DNA of 39,461 nucleotides from Candidatus Woesearchaeota archaeon. GTDB lineage: Archaea; Nanobdellota; Nanobdellia; SCGC-AAA011-G17; CAYFGV01. Under the pieces are notes generated by a model, which was given only the letters and a program-made list of their open reading frames with translations, did not search any database and was not told where the DNA came from. The stretch covers positions 1 through 39,461 of the forward strand of contig CAYFGV010000006.1 of assembly GCA_964342845.1 (NCBI GenBank), in the 5' to 3' direction. Position numbers and translations under genes: made by a program. Of this stretch, positions 1 to 9,274 are shown piece by piece. How positions within the stretch are numbered: the first letter of the stretch is position 1; every line of letters begins with the position of its first letter.

Positions 1-63
1 AAATAAAGAAGTTAACTCCTTTTTAAATGTTTCTTAACTCAAAATTATACTTATGTTTAATTT

Positions 64-1398
64 TTATTTCTTAATCAATTCAACTTTATTAGAACTAATT
101 ATTACATTTCTATAATTTTGCCTGTATCTTATAACTGCACTTGGTAAACTTGAAACGTCTTTAATATCAACACTGTATGAAATAACTCTTTCTTCTTTTT
201 TAGCTAATTTACTTATGTTCCAGATCATACTTATTCCATTGGATTTTCTAATGTATTTATCTGGTTTTAAACTTCCAAAATTGTGAGGATTTTCTTTTGT
301 TTTTATAACTGTGTCCATTAATCTTATGTTTTTTATGCTTTTTACTCCTTTATTTTTTAAGATTAACATGACTTTAATTGTGTTGTGTTCTCCTTTCTTA
401 TTGATGGAAATTAATTTTTTAGTTATAATTAAATCTCTATTAATATAGAAATAAGTAAGAACTGCTAAGATTGCTAGTATTATAAGGATTGTTAGAAATA
501 ACCTGTAGCTTATAGAGTAATTTAGTTCAAAGCTTTCTTCTGGTTCTAGACTGATTGACCATGAATATTCTTTGTTTTCTATAGAATCAGGTTCTATATT
601 GTAGTTTAGAAATAAGCTGTTAAACCAGCTAAATTCTACTTGATATGTTTTTTCTATTTTGGCGTTTCCTGTGTTTGTTATTGAGTATGAATATTCTGTT
701 TTTAGGAATTGTTCTTCAGAGGTTTTGTCTTCTAGAAAATCTGATTCTAAGTTGATTGTGAAAGTGTCATAGCTGTCTCCGACTAATATGTTGTTTTCGT
801 ATATTTCTACGAAGATTTCATGAGTTCCTCCAATGAGTTCTGGAGTGACTTCAAACTCAATATTTTTTTCTTCTAATGGTTCTAGATAAATTTCTTGTTC
901 ATAAGAGAAAAGTTCGGATTCTAGTTTGACTAAGATATTCTTTTCTTGGTTATTTCTGTTGGTTAATTCTACAATGACAGTGAAATCTCCTGTTACTGTG
1001 GATGGAAAGTTTATTGATGAAGGGATAGCTTCAGAAACTACTTTTAAATTTGTATAGTGTTCTACGTATATTGTGTCATCGTCTTCAGCAATTACTTTTA
1101 TTGGTATGTCATGTATTTTGGCTTCTTGGGATTCTGTCGGTGTTAAGGTTATTTCTATTTCTTCAGTAGTTCTTGGTTCAATGTATAAGGAATCTGCTTC
1201 TAAATCCCAGTCTTGTTCAAAACAATAGAAGTTGAATGTATGTGGTGTGTCGTCTTCATTTGTTACTTTTAGTAAAAATCTTGCTTCTTGGTCTGGACTG
1301 ACTAATGTTTGTAAAGGGTCGCTGTCTATGCTGATTCCTATTGCACTAGTTAAAGGCAATATTGTTAAAATTAATAGTAGTAGGGTTATTTTTTTCAA
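64..1398 (-). CDS. Secreted, membrane-anchored protein with Ig-like (NEW3/CARDB-like) domains, one TM helix and a basic cytoplasmic C-terminal domain
   Basis: Signal peptide MKKITLLLLILTILPLTSA; acidic beta-rich ectodomain; TM LFLTILIILAILAVLTYFYI; TTG start preceded by GAGGTG. Confidence 0.7.
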   Translation of the reverse strand: MKKITLLLLILTILPLTSAIGISIDSDPLQTLVSPDQEARFLLKVTNEDDTPHTFNFYCFEQDWDLEADSLYIEPRTTEEIEITLTPTESQEAKIHDIPIKVIAEDDDTIYVEHYTNLKVVSEAIPSSINFPSTVTGDFTVIVELTNRNNQEKNILVKLESELFSYEQEIYLEPLEEKNIEFEVTPELIGGTHEIFVEIYENNILVGDSYDTFTINLESDFLEDKTSEEQFLKTEYSYSITNTGNAKIEKTYQVEFSWFNSLFLNYNIEPDSIENKEYSWSISLEPEESFELNYSISYRLFLTILIILAILAVLTYFYINRDLIITKKLISINKKGEHNTIKVMLILKNKGVKSIKNIRLMDTVIKTKENPHNFGSLKPDKYIRKSNGISMIWNISKLAKKEERVISYSVDIKDVSSLPSAVIRYRQNYRNVIISSNKVELIKK

Positions 1399-1438
1399 GT
1401 TGAGGCACCTCTATTTATAAAGGGTGTAGGGGATGTAT

Positions 1439-1990
1439 TTAAACTTTTCGTCTTTGGATGATTTTTGGCTGTGTTTTTGTTAAATCTATTAAAGTTGATG
1501 GTTTGTTATCTAAGGTTCCTTGGTCTAATATGTAATCTACTTGTTTTTTGATTTTATTTGGTATTTGTTTGATATTTATGTAGTTTTTTTGGTTATGGAT
1601 GTTTATGCTGGTTGTTATGAAAGGGACTTTTATTAAAGAAGTGAATTTATGGGCTGGTATTCTTACTCCTAGTGTTGTTTTATTTTTATTTGTTAGAGGA
1701 TGTACAACTTTGTTTTTTATTTTTAAGATGAAAGTGTAAGGGCCTTTTTTTATGTATTTTTTGTTATTTATTGTTAAGTTGTTTAAAATCCATTTTTTAG
1801 AAGGGGCTATTACTGAGAAGGGTTGGTCTGATTTTTTAATATCTCTTATTTTTTGGATAGATTCTTTTATTTGAGCATTACAACCTATTCCGTAGACTGT
1901 ATCTGTTGGATAGATGAAGATTTTTCCTTGTTTTATTTCAGTTATTATTTCTTTTTTGTTTATTTCTTTGAATTTGATTATTTTTGGCAT
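1439..1990 (-). CDS. tsaC: L-threonylcarbamoyladenylate synthase, short TsaC/YrdC type
   Basis: YPTDTVYGIGC, GPYT, LGVRIP, TTSIN and PSTLIDL motifs; no SUA5 C-terminal domain. Confidence 0.9.
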   Translation of the reverse strand: MPKIIKFKEINKKEIITEIKQGKIFIYPTDTVYGIGCNAQIKESIQKIRDIKKSDQPFSVIAPSKKWILNNLTINNKKYIKKGPYTFILKIKNKVVHPLTNKNKTTLGVRIPAHKFTSLIKVPFITTSINIHNQKNYINIKQIPNKIKKQVDYILDQGTLDNKPSTLIDLTKTQPKIIQRRKV

Positions 1991-2043
1991 GTGAAGAGAT
2001 ACTCAAGAGAGTTTATAAAATTAACTTATGGGTTTTTGGGTAA

Positions 2044-2057
2044 AAAGAAAGAAAAAA
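2044..2057 (-). terminator. Oligo-T terminator after lipoprotein A
   Basis: TTTTTTCTTTCTTT directly after the TAA on the minus strand; identical copy at 6245-6258. Confidence 0.55.
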
Positions 2058-2555
2058 TTAGTTTTCAGGGAAAAGGTTCATTATTTTACTTGGAGCCCCA
2101 TATATTCCAAAGTCATGTTCGTATAAGTCAAAGTAATCAACATCCCCGTCATTATCATAATCTTCTGCTCCCCAGCTAATCAAAACTTCTTCTGAATTGT
2201 ATAGGAAGTCGTCACAAGTAAAACCATCTTCTTCTAAGTCTTCTATAAATCCTGCATAGTAACATATCTCTGGGTCTTCTAGTTCAAGTGCTTTGTAGTA
2301 TAAACTTAGGGCTTGTAGAATAAATAACTGCTCAATTGGCTCCATTTCTCCTTCAGCGTGTTGTATAATGTAAAGTCCAGGATCCATTCTTGCATGATAT
2401 TCTGGAAATGCATGAAGTTCAGGAACATCTTCAGTATACCGTTCAATTTCTGGTTGTTCTGTATTAAGTATCCGAGAGAAAGGACTTTCTTCTTCTGTTG
2501 TACACCCACTTAAAAATAAAACACCAACAACTAAAAATATTAAAGATTTTTTCAT
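2058..2555 (-). CDS. Lipoprotein A, acidic, with a C-terminal dockerin/EF-hand-like Ca-binding loop
   Basis: MKKSLIFLVVGVLFLSG-C lipobox; DYDNDGDVDYFD motif; SD GGAGGTG upstream. Confidence 0.75.
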   Translation of the reverse strand: MKKSLIFLVVGVLFLSGCTTEEESPFSRILNTEQPEIERYTEDVPELHAFPEYHARMDPGLYIIQHAEGEMEPIEQLFILQALSLYYKALELEDPEICYYAGFIEDLEEDGFTCDDFLYNSEEVLISWGAEDYDNDGDVDYFDLYEHDFGIYGAPSKIMNLFPEN

Positions 2556-2628
2556 TAATTTTCACCTCCTTTTGGGTTTTTCCTTAAAAAGGATATTTTA
2601 ATTAAAGAAATTTAGTATTTAAATATAT
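2481..2628 (-). repeat. Copy 1 of a dispersed repeat: promoter + 5'UTR + SD + lipoprotein signal-peptide region
   Basis: 2531-2589 matches 6484-6542 at 54/59 nt (hand alignment); similarity extends to both sides. Confidence 0.9.
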
Positions 2629-2640
2629 ATATATATATAT
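2623..2640. repeat. (AT)9 microsatellite abutting the TATA box of lipoprotein A
   Basis: atatatatatatatatat read directly. Confidence 0.9.
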
Positions 2641-2668
2641 CTTGGAAATATATTTTAGAGAGAATAGT

Positions 2669-2974
2669 TTATTTCAAACCAAGTTTTTTTGCAACAGCAC
2701 TGTCTATTTTATTTGCTATTTCTTCAAATGCTTTTTTTCTTATTTTTTCATATTCTTCTTTAGTGGTTTTTTTCTTTGTAGTTCCTTTTAATTTTGCTTG
2801 TTCTACTAATAGATTATCCTTCTCTTCACTTTTTTCTATTTTTTCTTTAAGTTCTTTTAATCTAGTTCCTTTTCTCATTTCTGAGATCTTGGTTTTTATT
2901 TTTCTGGCTTTTTCTTCAGTAATATCTTTCCAAGAGCTTGCTAAATCCATTATTGAGATTGTTTTTGTTCCCAT
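2669..2974 (-). CDS. Orphan, probably degenerate VapB-like (DUF217-type) antitoxin
   Basis: MGTKTISIMD start resembles archaeal VapB antitoxins, but the usual ESFSDVI helix is absent; no adjacent PIN toxin. Confidence 0.45.
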   Translation of the reverse strand: MGTKTISIMDLASSWKDITEEKARKIKTKISEMRKGTRLKELKEKIEKSEEKDNLLVEQAKLKGTTKKKTTKEEYEKIRKKAFEEIANKIDSAVAKKLGLK

Positions 2975-3018
2975 AGCTTTTGTATAGGTACACGTATTTA
3001 TATATATTGTAGTTTTTG

Positions 3019-5073
3019 TTATTTTTCTATAAAACTCACACCATCTTCTTTTCTGAATCTTATGACATTGTCTACAAAGGTTTCTATTTTGGATTCGTGG
3101 CTAACTATGATTAATTGCTTTACATTTAATTCATCTAAGACTAACCTCATATTATCTAATTGATCTGAACTAAATCCGTCTGTTGGTTCGTCTAATATTA
3201 GAATGTCTTTTGTGTTTATTTTACTCATTAGGTTGTTTATTACATGATTTAAGGCTAATCTATAAGCTAGGGCTGCTGCTGTTTTTTCTCCTCCGCTTAG
3301 GTTGATATATTCTAGTTCATATCCGTTTTGTTCTACTTTGACTGAGAAGTCTCCATCTAACCGAACTTTTAAGCTAGTTTCTCCTACTAAAATGTTGAAC
3401 CAGTTTTTGAATAGTTCATTGAATTCAAAGTATATTTTAGTTAAGACTTTTCTTTCTAATGTTTCTAATAGGTTTGTGAATTCTATACTTAAGAAGGACT
3501 GTAAGTTGTTTATTTCTTGTATTTTTTGTTTTTTTATTAGTTTTTTTTGTATTTCTTGTTGAAGTTCTGATATTTCTGTTTCAATATCTTTTGTTTTTGT
3601 GTTTATAGAGGAATGTTTTATTGATAATTCTCTTTCTTGGCTTAAAATTATCTCATAAGTTTCTTTTATTTTTGTAAATTCTTGTTCTATGTGTTTTAAG
3701 TTATCTATTTTATTGTCCAAGTCTGTTATTTCTAGGTTTAAAGAGCCAATCTGTTGTTTTAGGTTGATTTTTTCTTTAGTTATATTTGTTAGTAATTTGT
3801 TTTTATCTTGTAGATTTTTTAGTTTTAAAGTTAGAATTTCATTTTCTTTTTCTTTTTGAGTTAGATTTTCTAGGTTTTCTTTTATATTATTTAAGTTTAT
3901 GTTTAGATTTTCTTTTTCTTTGGTTAATTTTAAGATGTTTTCTTCAAATTCTTGTATTTTGGTATTTTCTTTGTTTTTTACTTGTTGTTTGTGTTCTTGA
4001 TTAACATCTTGTTTACATAAAGGGCAAAAATCTAGTTTTTCTAGTGAATTTATTATTTCTTCAGAAGAAGATTTTTTAGTTGTTAACTCTGTTAGAGAGG
4101 AGATGTTTTTGTTTAGGTTTTGTTCTATTTTGGTTATATCTTCTTTTATTGTGTTTTTATCTTTAATTTCAGTTATTGTTTTTTCTTTTGTTTCTTGATT
4201 TAAGGTTTCTATTTCTTTTTCTAAATTAATTATTTCTTTGTTTTTATAGGAGAAAGATTCAACCTTATTTTTTAGGTCTGTATTTTTAATATTTAGGTTG
4301 TTTTTAAATTCTTGTAATTCTTTTGTTTTTTGTTCTATTTGTGTTAGTTTTTCTTTATTATCTTTTAATTCTTGTTGTTTGTTTTTTAGGTTTATTTCTA
4401 TTTTCTTTAAATCTTCTAAGATATTTTTATTAAATTCTTGTTTTTCTTTTAGTAGGTTTTCTTTTTCTTCTAGGTCTGAGATATAACCTGTAATTTCTCT
4501 TTTTTGGGTTCTTAAATGTGTGGTGTAGATGTTTATGTTTTCTACTATTCTTTTGTATTTATCAATACCAAAAACTTTTCTTAATGTATCTAATCTTGTT
4601 TCTGTATCTCCAAATAAGATTGATTTCATCTCTTCTTGAGGTGTGTAAACTGTGTATCTGTAGACTAGTCCTTTGTGTTTTGTTAAGAGTTCTTTTGGAT
4701 AATTTAGTAAATCTAGGATTAGTTTTTTAAGTTCTACAGTTGTTAGTTCTTTTTTTATGTTGTTTTCTATGATATGTCCTGTATCCTGAACTATACTGCC
4801 TTTGTTGTTCATTAAACTTCTTTTTATTGTAAATTCTTTTTCATTTAGTTTAAAAGATAGTTCTACAGAAGCTTGACTTGTTCCTGTTTTTAATAAAGCA
4901 CTTCCTGAGAGTTCTCCTCTTCTTAGACCGAATAAAGCAAAATCTATTGCTAATAGGATAGTACTTTTACCAGAGCCTATGTTTCCGCTTAATAGAGTTG
5001 ATCCTGTAGGTAAGTCTAATTCTAAGTTACTAAAACTTCTAATATTTTTTAGTTTAATTTTTTTTAGTAGCAT
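3019..5073 (-). CDS. rad50: DNA double-strand break repair ATPase Rad50
   Basis: Walker A GNIGSGKST, coiled coils with central CPLC zinc hook, signature LSGGE, Walker B LILDEPT, H-loop VSH; overlaps mre11. Confidence 0.93.
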   Translation of the reverse strand: MLLKKIKLKNIRSFSNLELDLPTGSTLLSGNIGSGKSTILLAIDFALFGLRRGELSGSALLKTGTSQASVELSFKLNEKEFTIKRSLMNNKGSIVQDTGHIIENNIKKELTTVELKKLILDLLNYPKELLTKHKGLVYRYTVYTPQEEMKSILFGDTETRLDTLRKVFGIDKYKRIVENINIYTTHLRTQKREITGYISDLEEKENLLKEKQEFNKNILEDLKKIEINLKNKQQELKDNKEKLTQIEQKTKELQEFKNNLNIKNTDLKNKVESFSYKNKEIINLEKEIETLNQETKEKTITEIKDKNTIKEDITKIEQNLNKNISSLTELTTKKSSSEEIINSLEKLDFCPLCKQDVNQEHKQQVKNKENTKIQEFEENILKLTKEKENLNINLNNIKENLENLTQKEKENEILTLKLKNLQDKNKLLTNITKEKINLKQQIGSLNLEITDLDNKIDNLKHIEQEFTKIKETYEIILSQERELSIKHSSINTKTKDIETEISELQQEIQKKLIKKQKIQEINNLQSFLSIEFTNLLETLERKVLTKIYFEFNELFKNWFNILVGETSLKVRLDGDFSVKVEQNGYELEYINLSGGEKTAAALAYRLALNHVINNLMSKINTKDILILDEPTDGFSSDQLDNMRLVLDELNVKQLIIVSHESKIETFVDNVIRFRKEDGVSFIEK

Positions 5074-6184
5074 TTTCTATTATTCTTTTTTCAAAATCTA
5101 GATTTCTTTCTCCTTCTTGTTTTTCTATTGAGAATATTTCAATTAAGTGTTTTATGTAGGATTTTTCTTTTTTGATTTTAGTTGCGTAGTTTTCTATAAT
5201 TTTATCTTCTATGTCTTTAGTTTCTCCTACTTCTACTTCAAATTCTTTGAATTCTTTAGAGGTTAAGGAAGCAGTATTTTTTAAGAAGACTTTTGCTTTT
5301 ATGTTTATGTTTAGGTCTGATGGCTTTCCTTGTTCTAAGGTTCCTTTTATTCTTAAGGTTAGGATTTTGTTTGTGTAATCTTCTTTTAGTTGTTCTTTTA
5401 TTTTATTCTCAGCTTGTTCTACTGTTAGATTGGTTACATCTATTTCCTTGCTTTTTATTTCTTGTAGGTTTAATTTGATGTTATTTATTATTGGTTTGTT
5501 GTTTTTTATTTCTATTATGTTGAAAGAGCCGTGTTTTAGTTTTTCTAGTTCTGCGAAGTTATTTGGGAAGATTGGTCCAGGGTAGGAGATGTTGTCTTTT
5601 GTTTCTCTTATATGTACATGTCCTCCTGCGTAGTAGTTGAAATTTTTTGGGAGTAATGAAGTTGGCATTCCTTCTACTTTTTCTAATTCTTTTGGTCTTA
5701 ATTCATTTAGAGTTGTATGAAACATGAATATTTTGAAGCCATCTGTTTGTTCTATTTCTAGGTTTTTGTATAATTCTATTTCTAAAGAGCCTTTTTTTCC
5801 GTAGATTCCTGTTATTTTTGTGTTTGTTTTATCTTCTGTGAATGTTAAAATGTTGTCTTTAAAATTCATTACATTTTTTACTAAGTTAGCTTTTTCTAAT
5901 ACATCTATCATTGTTTTTCCTGAGGGAGAGAAATCATGGCTTCCTGGAATTATGTAGGTGTCTATGTCTTTTTCTTTTAATTTAGAGAGTATTTCTGTGG
6001 TTTGTTTTAGGGTTTCTATGTTTGGCAAGGATGTGTCGAATAAATCTCCTGAAATTAGGACAAAAGCTGTGTTTTGCTCTATGCAGATGTTTATTGCTTT
6101 TTTGAATGATTCTAGGTTTAATTCTCTTAAGATGGGGTTTCTCCAAGAGCCTATATGGCAGTCTGCTAGGTGTCCGAATTTCAT
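5054..6184 (-). CDS. mre11: DNA repair nuclease Mre11
   Basis: Phosphoesterase motifs DCHIG, GDLFD, GSHD, FHT, GHVH; directly upstream of rad50. Confidence 0.93.
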   Translation of the reverse strand: MKFGHLADCHIGSWRNPILRELNLESFKKAINICIEQNTAFVLISGDLFDTSLPNIETLKQTTEILSKLKEKDIDTYIIPGSHDFSPSGKTMIDVLEKANLVKNVMNFKDNILTFTEDKTNTKITGIYGKKGSLEIELYKNLEIEQTDGFKIFMFHTTLNELRPKELEKVEGMPTSLLPKNFNYYAGGHVHIRETKDNISYPGPIFPNNFAELEKLKHGSFNIIEIKNNKPIINNIKLNLQEIKSKEIDVTNLTVEQAENKIKEQLKEDYTNKILTLRIKGTLEQGKPSDLNINIKAKVFLKNTASLTSKEFKEFEVEVGETKDIEDKIIENYATKIKKEKSYIKHLIEIFSIEKQEGERNLDFEKRIIENATKKN

Positions 6185-6259
6185 AGAATTTTAGGGAATA
6201 CGTATTTATATTAAAAGATATAGTTAGTGGGGTTTATGAAAGATAAAGAAAGAAAAAAT

Positions 6260-6508
6260 TTACTTAACAATAGTTCCGCTACTACACTTTCCGTCACCCG
6301 TACATTCACAGTTGCTATCACAGTGACCGCTTAGATTCTTGCCACAATCAACATTTACACAAACTAAATCGCCAACGTTAAATACCTCCTCAGGATCATC
6401 ATCTGATATCTGTCTTGCTAAACTAGGACTTTCTTCAGTAACTTCTGTACATCCAGCTAAAAATAAAACACCGACAATCAAAACTAAAAATATTAAACTT
6501 TTTCTCAT
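6260..6508 (-). CDS. Lipoprotein B, small, with a 6-Cys C-terminal domain
   Basis: MRKSLIFLVLIVGVLFLAG-C lipobox; CVNVDC..HCDSNCECTGDGKC; ATG at 6508 chosen by alignment to lipoprotein A. Confidence 0.75.
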   Translation of the reverse strand: MRKSLIFLVLIVGVLFLAGCTEVTEESPSLARQISDDDPEEVFNVGDLVCVNVDCGKNLSGHCDSNCECTGDGKCSSGTIVK

Positions 6509-6580
6509 CAATTTTCACCTCCTTTTGAGTTTTTCCTTAAAAGAATATTTAAATTAAGAAGGAGCCGATATTTAAAGATA
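6425..6580 (-). repeat. Copy 2 of the promoter/UTR/SD/signal-peptide repeat
   Basis: Matches 2481-2628; TTTAAATA TATA-like box and GGAGGTG SD conserved in both copies. Confidence 0.9.
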
Positions 6581-6595
6581 TCTGTTTTAGAAGTT

Positions 6596-9250
6596 TTATT
6601 TTTTCTTTTTAAATTTAAAAATGAGAATTATAGAAGATATGGTAAGAATTGTTAAAAAGAAGTAAAGAATATTTTTATAACCTCTTTTTTGTTCTACAAA
6701 ATGTTCGTTAGTTTCTTCTTGTTCTGGCGGGGGTTCTTCTGTTGATTCTTGTTTTGGTATTTCTTCTTCATTACTTTCTTCTTCTGTTTCAGGCAGGATT
6801 CCACTACCTGCTGCATTAGTGCTTGTCGAGCTGCTAGCTGATGTGCTAGGTTGTCTTATACCAAAAGCACTAAAAGATGTTGTGTTAAAAGAAAACAAAT
6901 TAGTTGTTGTATTTTTGTTATTAGTTATACTAGTCCAAGAATCTATACACTCTCTATTTAAAAAATTCCAATTACTGCATTTTTCTATGACAATATCATC
7001 TTCGCTTGTAACTGAATCTAAGCTGTAATTAATATCAACAGCAGATTCAGAGAAGTTTAGTGAGCTGTTTACAGCATATACTCTAAGATAACTACTTCCT
7101 GCGATTGTTTTATCAACACCTATTGTTTTGGAATCGCTTGAATTTGTACTGAAATTTTTAAAGCTTAGTTTAAAACTGTTATTAAAAAAACTAAGATTTA
7201 GTGTGTAGTTGTAGTCAGGGATTGAGATGTTTGTGTAATTACCTATAGTGGTATTTGATAGTATTGTTGTGTTTAATGCATACATTTCGACTGTTGCGTT
7301 TTCTTGTGATGTACTTTGATTAATGAAAAATAGCGAGAAATTCATAGGGGGTGCAACATAAAAGAATGAACTTGTATTTGTTGTGTTATAACTATCTCTA
7401 GAATAAAAGCTTATGTTGAATCTACCTTGTACAGGGGGGCTATAATTTGTTGATATGTTAACAGTTAGATTAAATCTAGTTGTTGTTCCGTTTGGCAATG
7501 TGATATTTGCCCATATTAAATCAAAATTTTCAGCATTTAAACCTACTAAAACAGTATCTCCTTGTTTGGATAATCTATTAGATATGTTCATTAATATTAT
7601 ATTGGTGCCGACAACTATGGTTGTTTTTGTGCTGCTGTTTACCCATGTGGTGTTTATGTTTTCGTAATGGTCTACTGTTCTTGTTTGAATTGTGTAGTTT
7701 GTGTTGGATGTTAAGTTTGTTGCATTATATGAGTTATTTGGAGCAGAGACGTTTGCTATAAATACATTGTTGATCCAAACTTCTGTGTGATTAAAATCAC
7801 CATTTGTGGGATTTGTCCAGTTCCAGAATATCTGGGTTGCACCCTGACTTTGGTTTTGTAGACTAGTGATAATTGCAGGAATTACATCTAAGGTGAAATT
7901 TACAGTTGTATTGGAGCTTAGGTTTAATGTTTGTGAACCGATCCCGTTTTCTGTGGCGTTTATTGTGTAGTTATTTCTTACGTTAAATATTGTGGTAGCG
8001 TTTTGACTGTAGTCTGGGACGATTATCCAAGGAGTATAACCGTCAACTACTTCTGATGAGTTTTCTAAGGTATTGTTTACGTTATATGCAGAAATTGTAA
8101 TATTATTTAAGAGGTTTCCACTTGTATCATTTGCAAAGGTTCTTAGATACCAGAAATAATTTAAAGTGGCATCATTTTGAAGGTTTGTTGTTGATACAAT
8201 TGTATTTATTATTGTGTGATTTCCTGATTGAGAATCTATATCTGTTGTGCTTGAGTTAATAGTTGTATTTACTATTCTGCTTGTGTTTGAGTACATTTTG
8301 ATTGCTGTACTACTTGTTATGATGTTTACTCCTGTAACATTGTTTCCTGTGGTGTTAATAGTTTCAAAACCTATTGCCGTGCCCGTGGACCTTATAGTGT
8401 CGTAATTAATAGAGTTATAGTTTAATCCTCCTCCGACACTTCCATTTGTGATGTTATTGTTATATGTATACATATTACCACTTACGGTTTCTATTTGTGC
8501 ATTAATGAGTGTGTTATTTATAATTCTTGCACTGTTTTCTGCATAGATACGGTAAGTGCCACCATTGTCAGCAGTAATTGTATTTCCAGTTGCGTTTGAG
8601 AAGTTTTGCATATCTAGATTTGAATTTATGAATTGGTTGTCTTTAAATTCAATATAATGGGTGTTTAATGGGGCAATGTTATTATTTCTAAAAGTGTTTC
8701 CAAGAACCAAATTTTCTTGCGATTGATCAAAACTAACTGATCCTGTGGTGCAATTATAAGTGCTATTTCTAACAGTTGAATTAAAAAGATAGCTCCAAGT
8801 GCTAAAAGTACAATCAACCAAAGTAATATTTTGAGCAGTTATGTTATAATTGTATACGCTTCCAGAATTAGTAAAAGAAAGTGCTCCATTTCCACCAGAG
8901 CTACTATTTTCTATATAGCTATTATTAAGTATAACATTACTTACGCCTGAAAGTGCATATCCATAACTGTAGTTTGCAGCTCGACAATTTTCGATTGTTA
9001 CGTTGCTTATGAAGCTGATTGGTGTCCCTGTGTTATTTCCAACTAGCATGGTGTTGTTACAGTCTAAGGTGTAGTGGTTACCAGACATTTTGATGATTCC
9101 ATCATCACCTGTATCATTTAAATAGTATGTTCCGCTACAAAGAGTTGTGTCGTTTGAAACGTCTAGATCATCTGTTGGTGTTACACAGGCTGCTTTTACT
9201 GTTGTTACGAAAAATAAGAGAACAACCAATATTATTATTGTTTTTTTCAT
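6596..9250 (-). CDS. Large surface glycoprotein: parallel beta-helix region, FN3-like domain, PGF-pre-PGF-like domain, C-terminal TM anchor
   Basis: Signal peptide; Asn/Thr-rich NxTI repeats with many N-x-S/T sequons; FWNWTNP..YNATNL..TNYTI FN3 pattern; TTSFSAFGI; TM followed by KKKK. Confidence 0.75.
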   Translation of the reverse strand: MKKTIIILVVLLFFVTTVKAACVTPTDDLDVSNDTTLCSGTYYLNDTGDDGIIKMSGNHYTLDCNNTMLVGNNTGTPISFISNVTIENCRAANYSYGYALSGVSNVILNNSYIENSSSGGNGALSFTNSGSVYNYNITAQNITLVDCTFSTWSYLFNSTVRNSTYNCTTGSVSFDQSQENLVLGNTFRNNNIAPLNTHYIEFKDNQFINSNLDMQNFSNATGNTITADNGGTYRIYAENSARIINNTLINAQIETVSGNMYTYNNNITNGSVGGGLNYNSINYDTIRSTGTAIGFETINTTGNNVTGVNIITSSTAIKMYSNTSRIVNTTINSSTTDIDSQSGNHTIINTIVSTTNLQNDATLNYFWYLRTFANDTSGNLLNNITISAYNVNNTLENSSEVVDGYTPWIIVPDYSQNATTIFNVRNNYTINATENGIGSQTLNLSSNTTVNFTLDVIPAIITSLQNQSQGATQIFWNWTNPTNGDFNHTEVWINNVFIANVSAPNNSYNATNLTSNTNYTIQTRTVDHYENINTTWVNSSTKTTIVVGTNIILMNISNRLSKQGDTVLVGLNAENFDLIWANITLPNGTTTRFNLTVNISTNYSPPVQGRFNISFYSRDSYNTTNTSSFFYVAPPMNFSLFFINQSTSQENATVEMYALNTTILSNTTIGNYTNISIPDYNYTLNLSFFNNSFKLSFKNFSTNSSDSKTIGVDKTIAGSSYLRVYAVNSSLNFSESAVDINYSLDSVTSEDDIVIEKCSNWNFLNRECIDSWTSITNNKNTTTNLFSFNTTSFSAFGIRQPSTSASSSTSTNAAGSGILPETEEESNEEEIPKQESTEEPPPEQEETNEHFVEQKRGYKNILYFFLTILTISSIILIFKFKKKK

Positions 9251-9274
9251 TTTTGAATAGGATACTCTGTTTAT

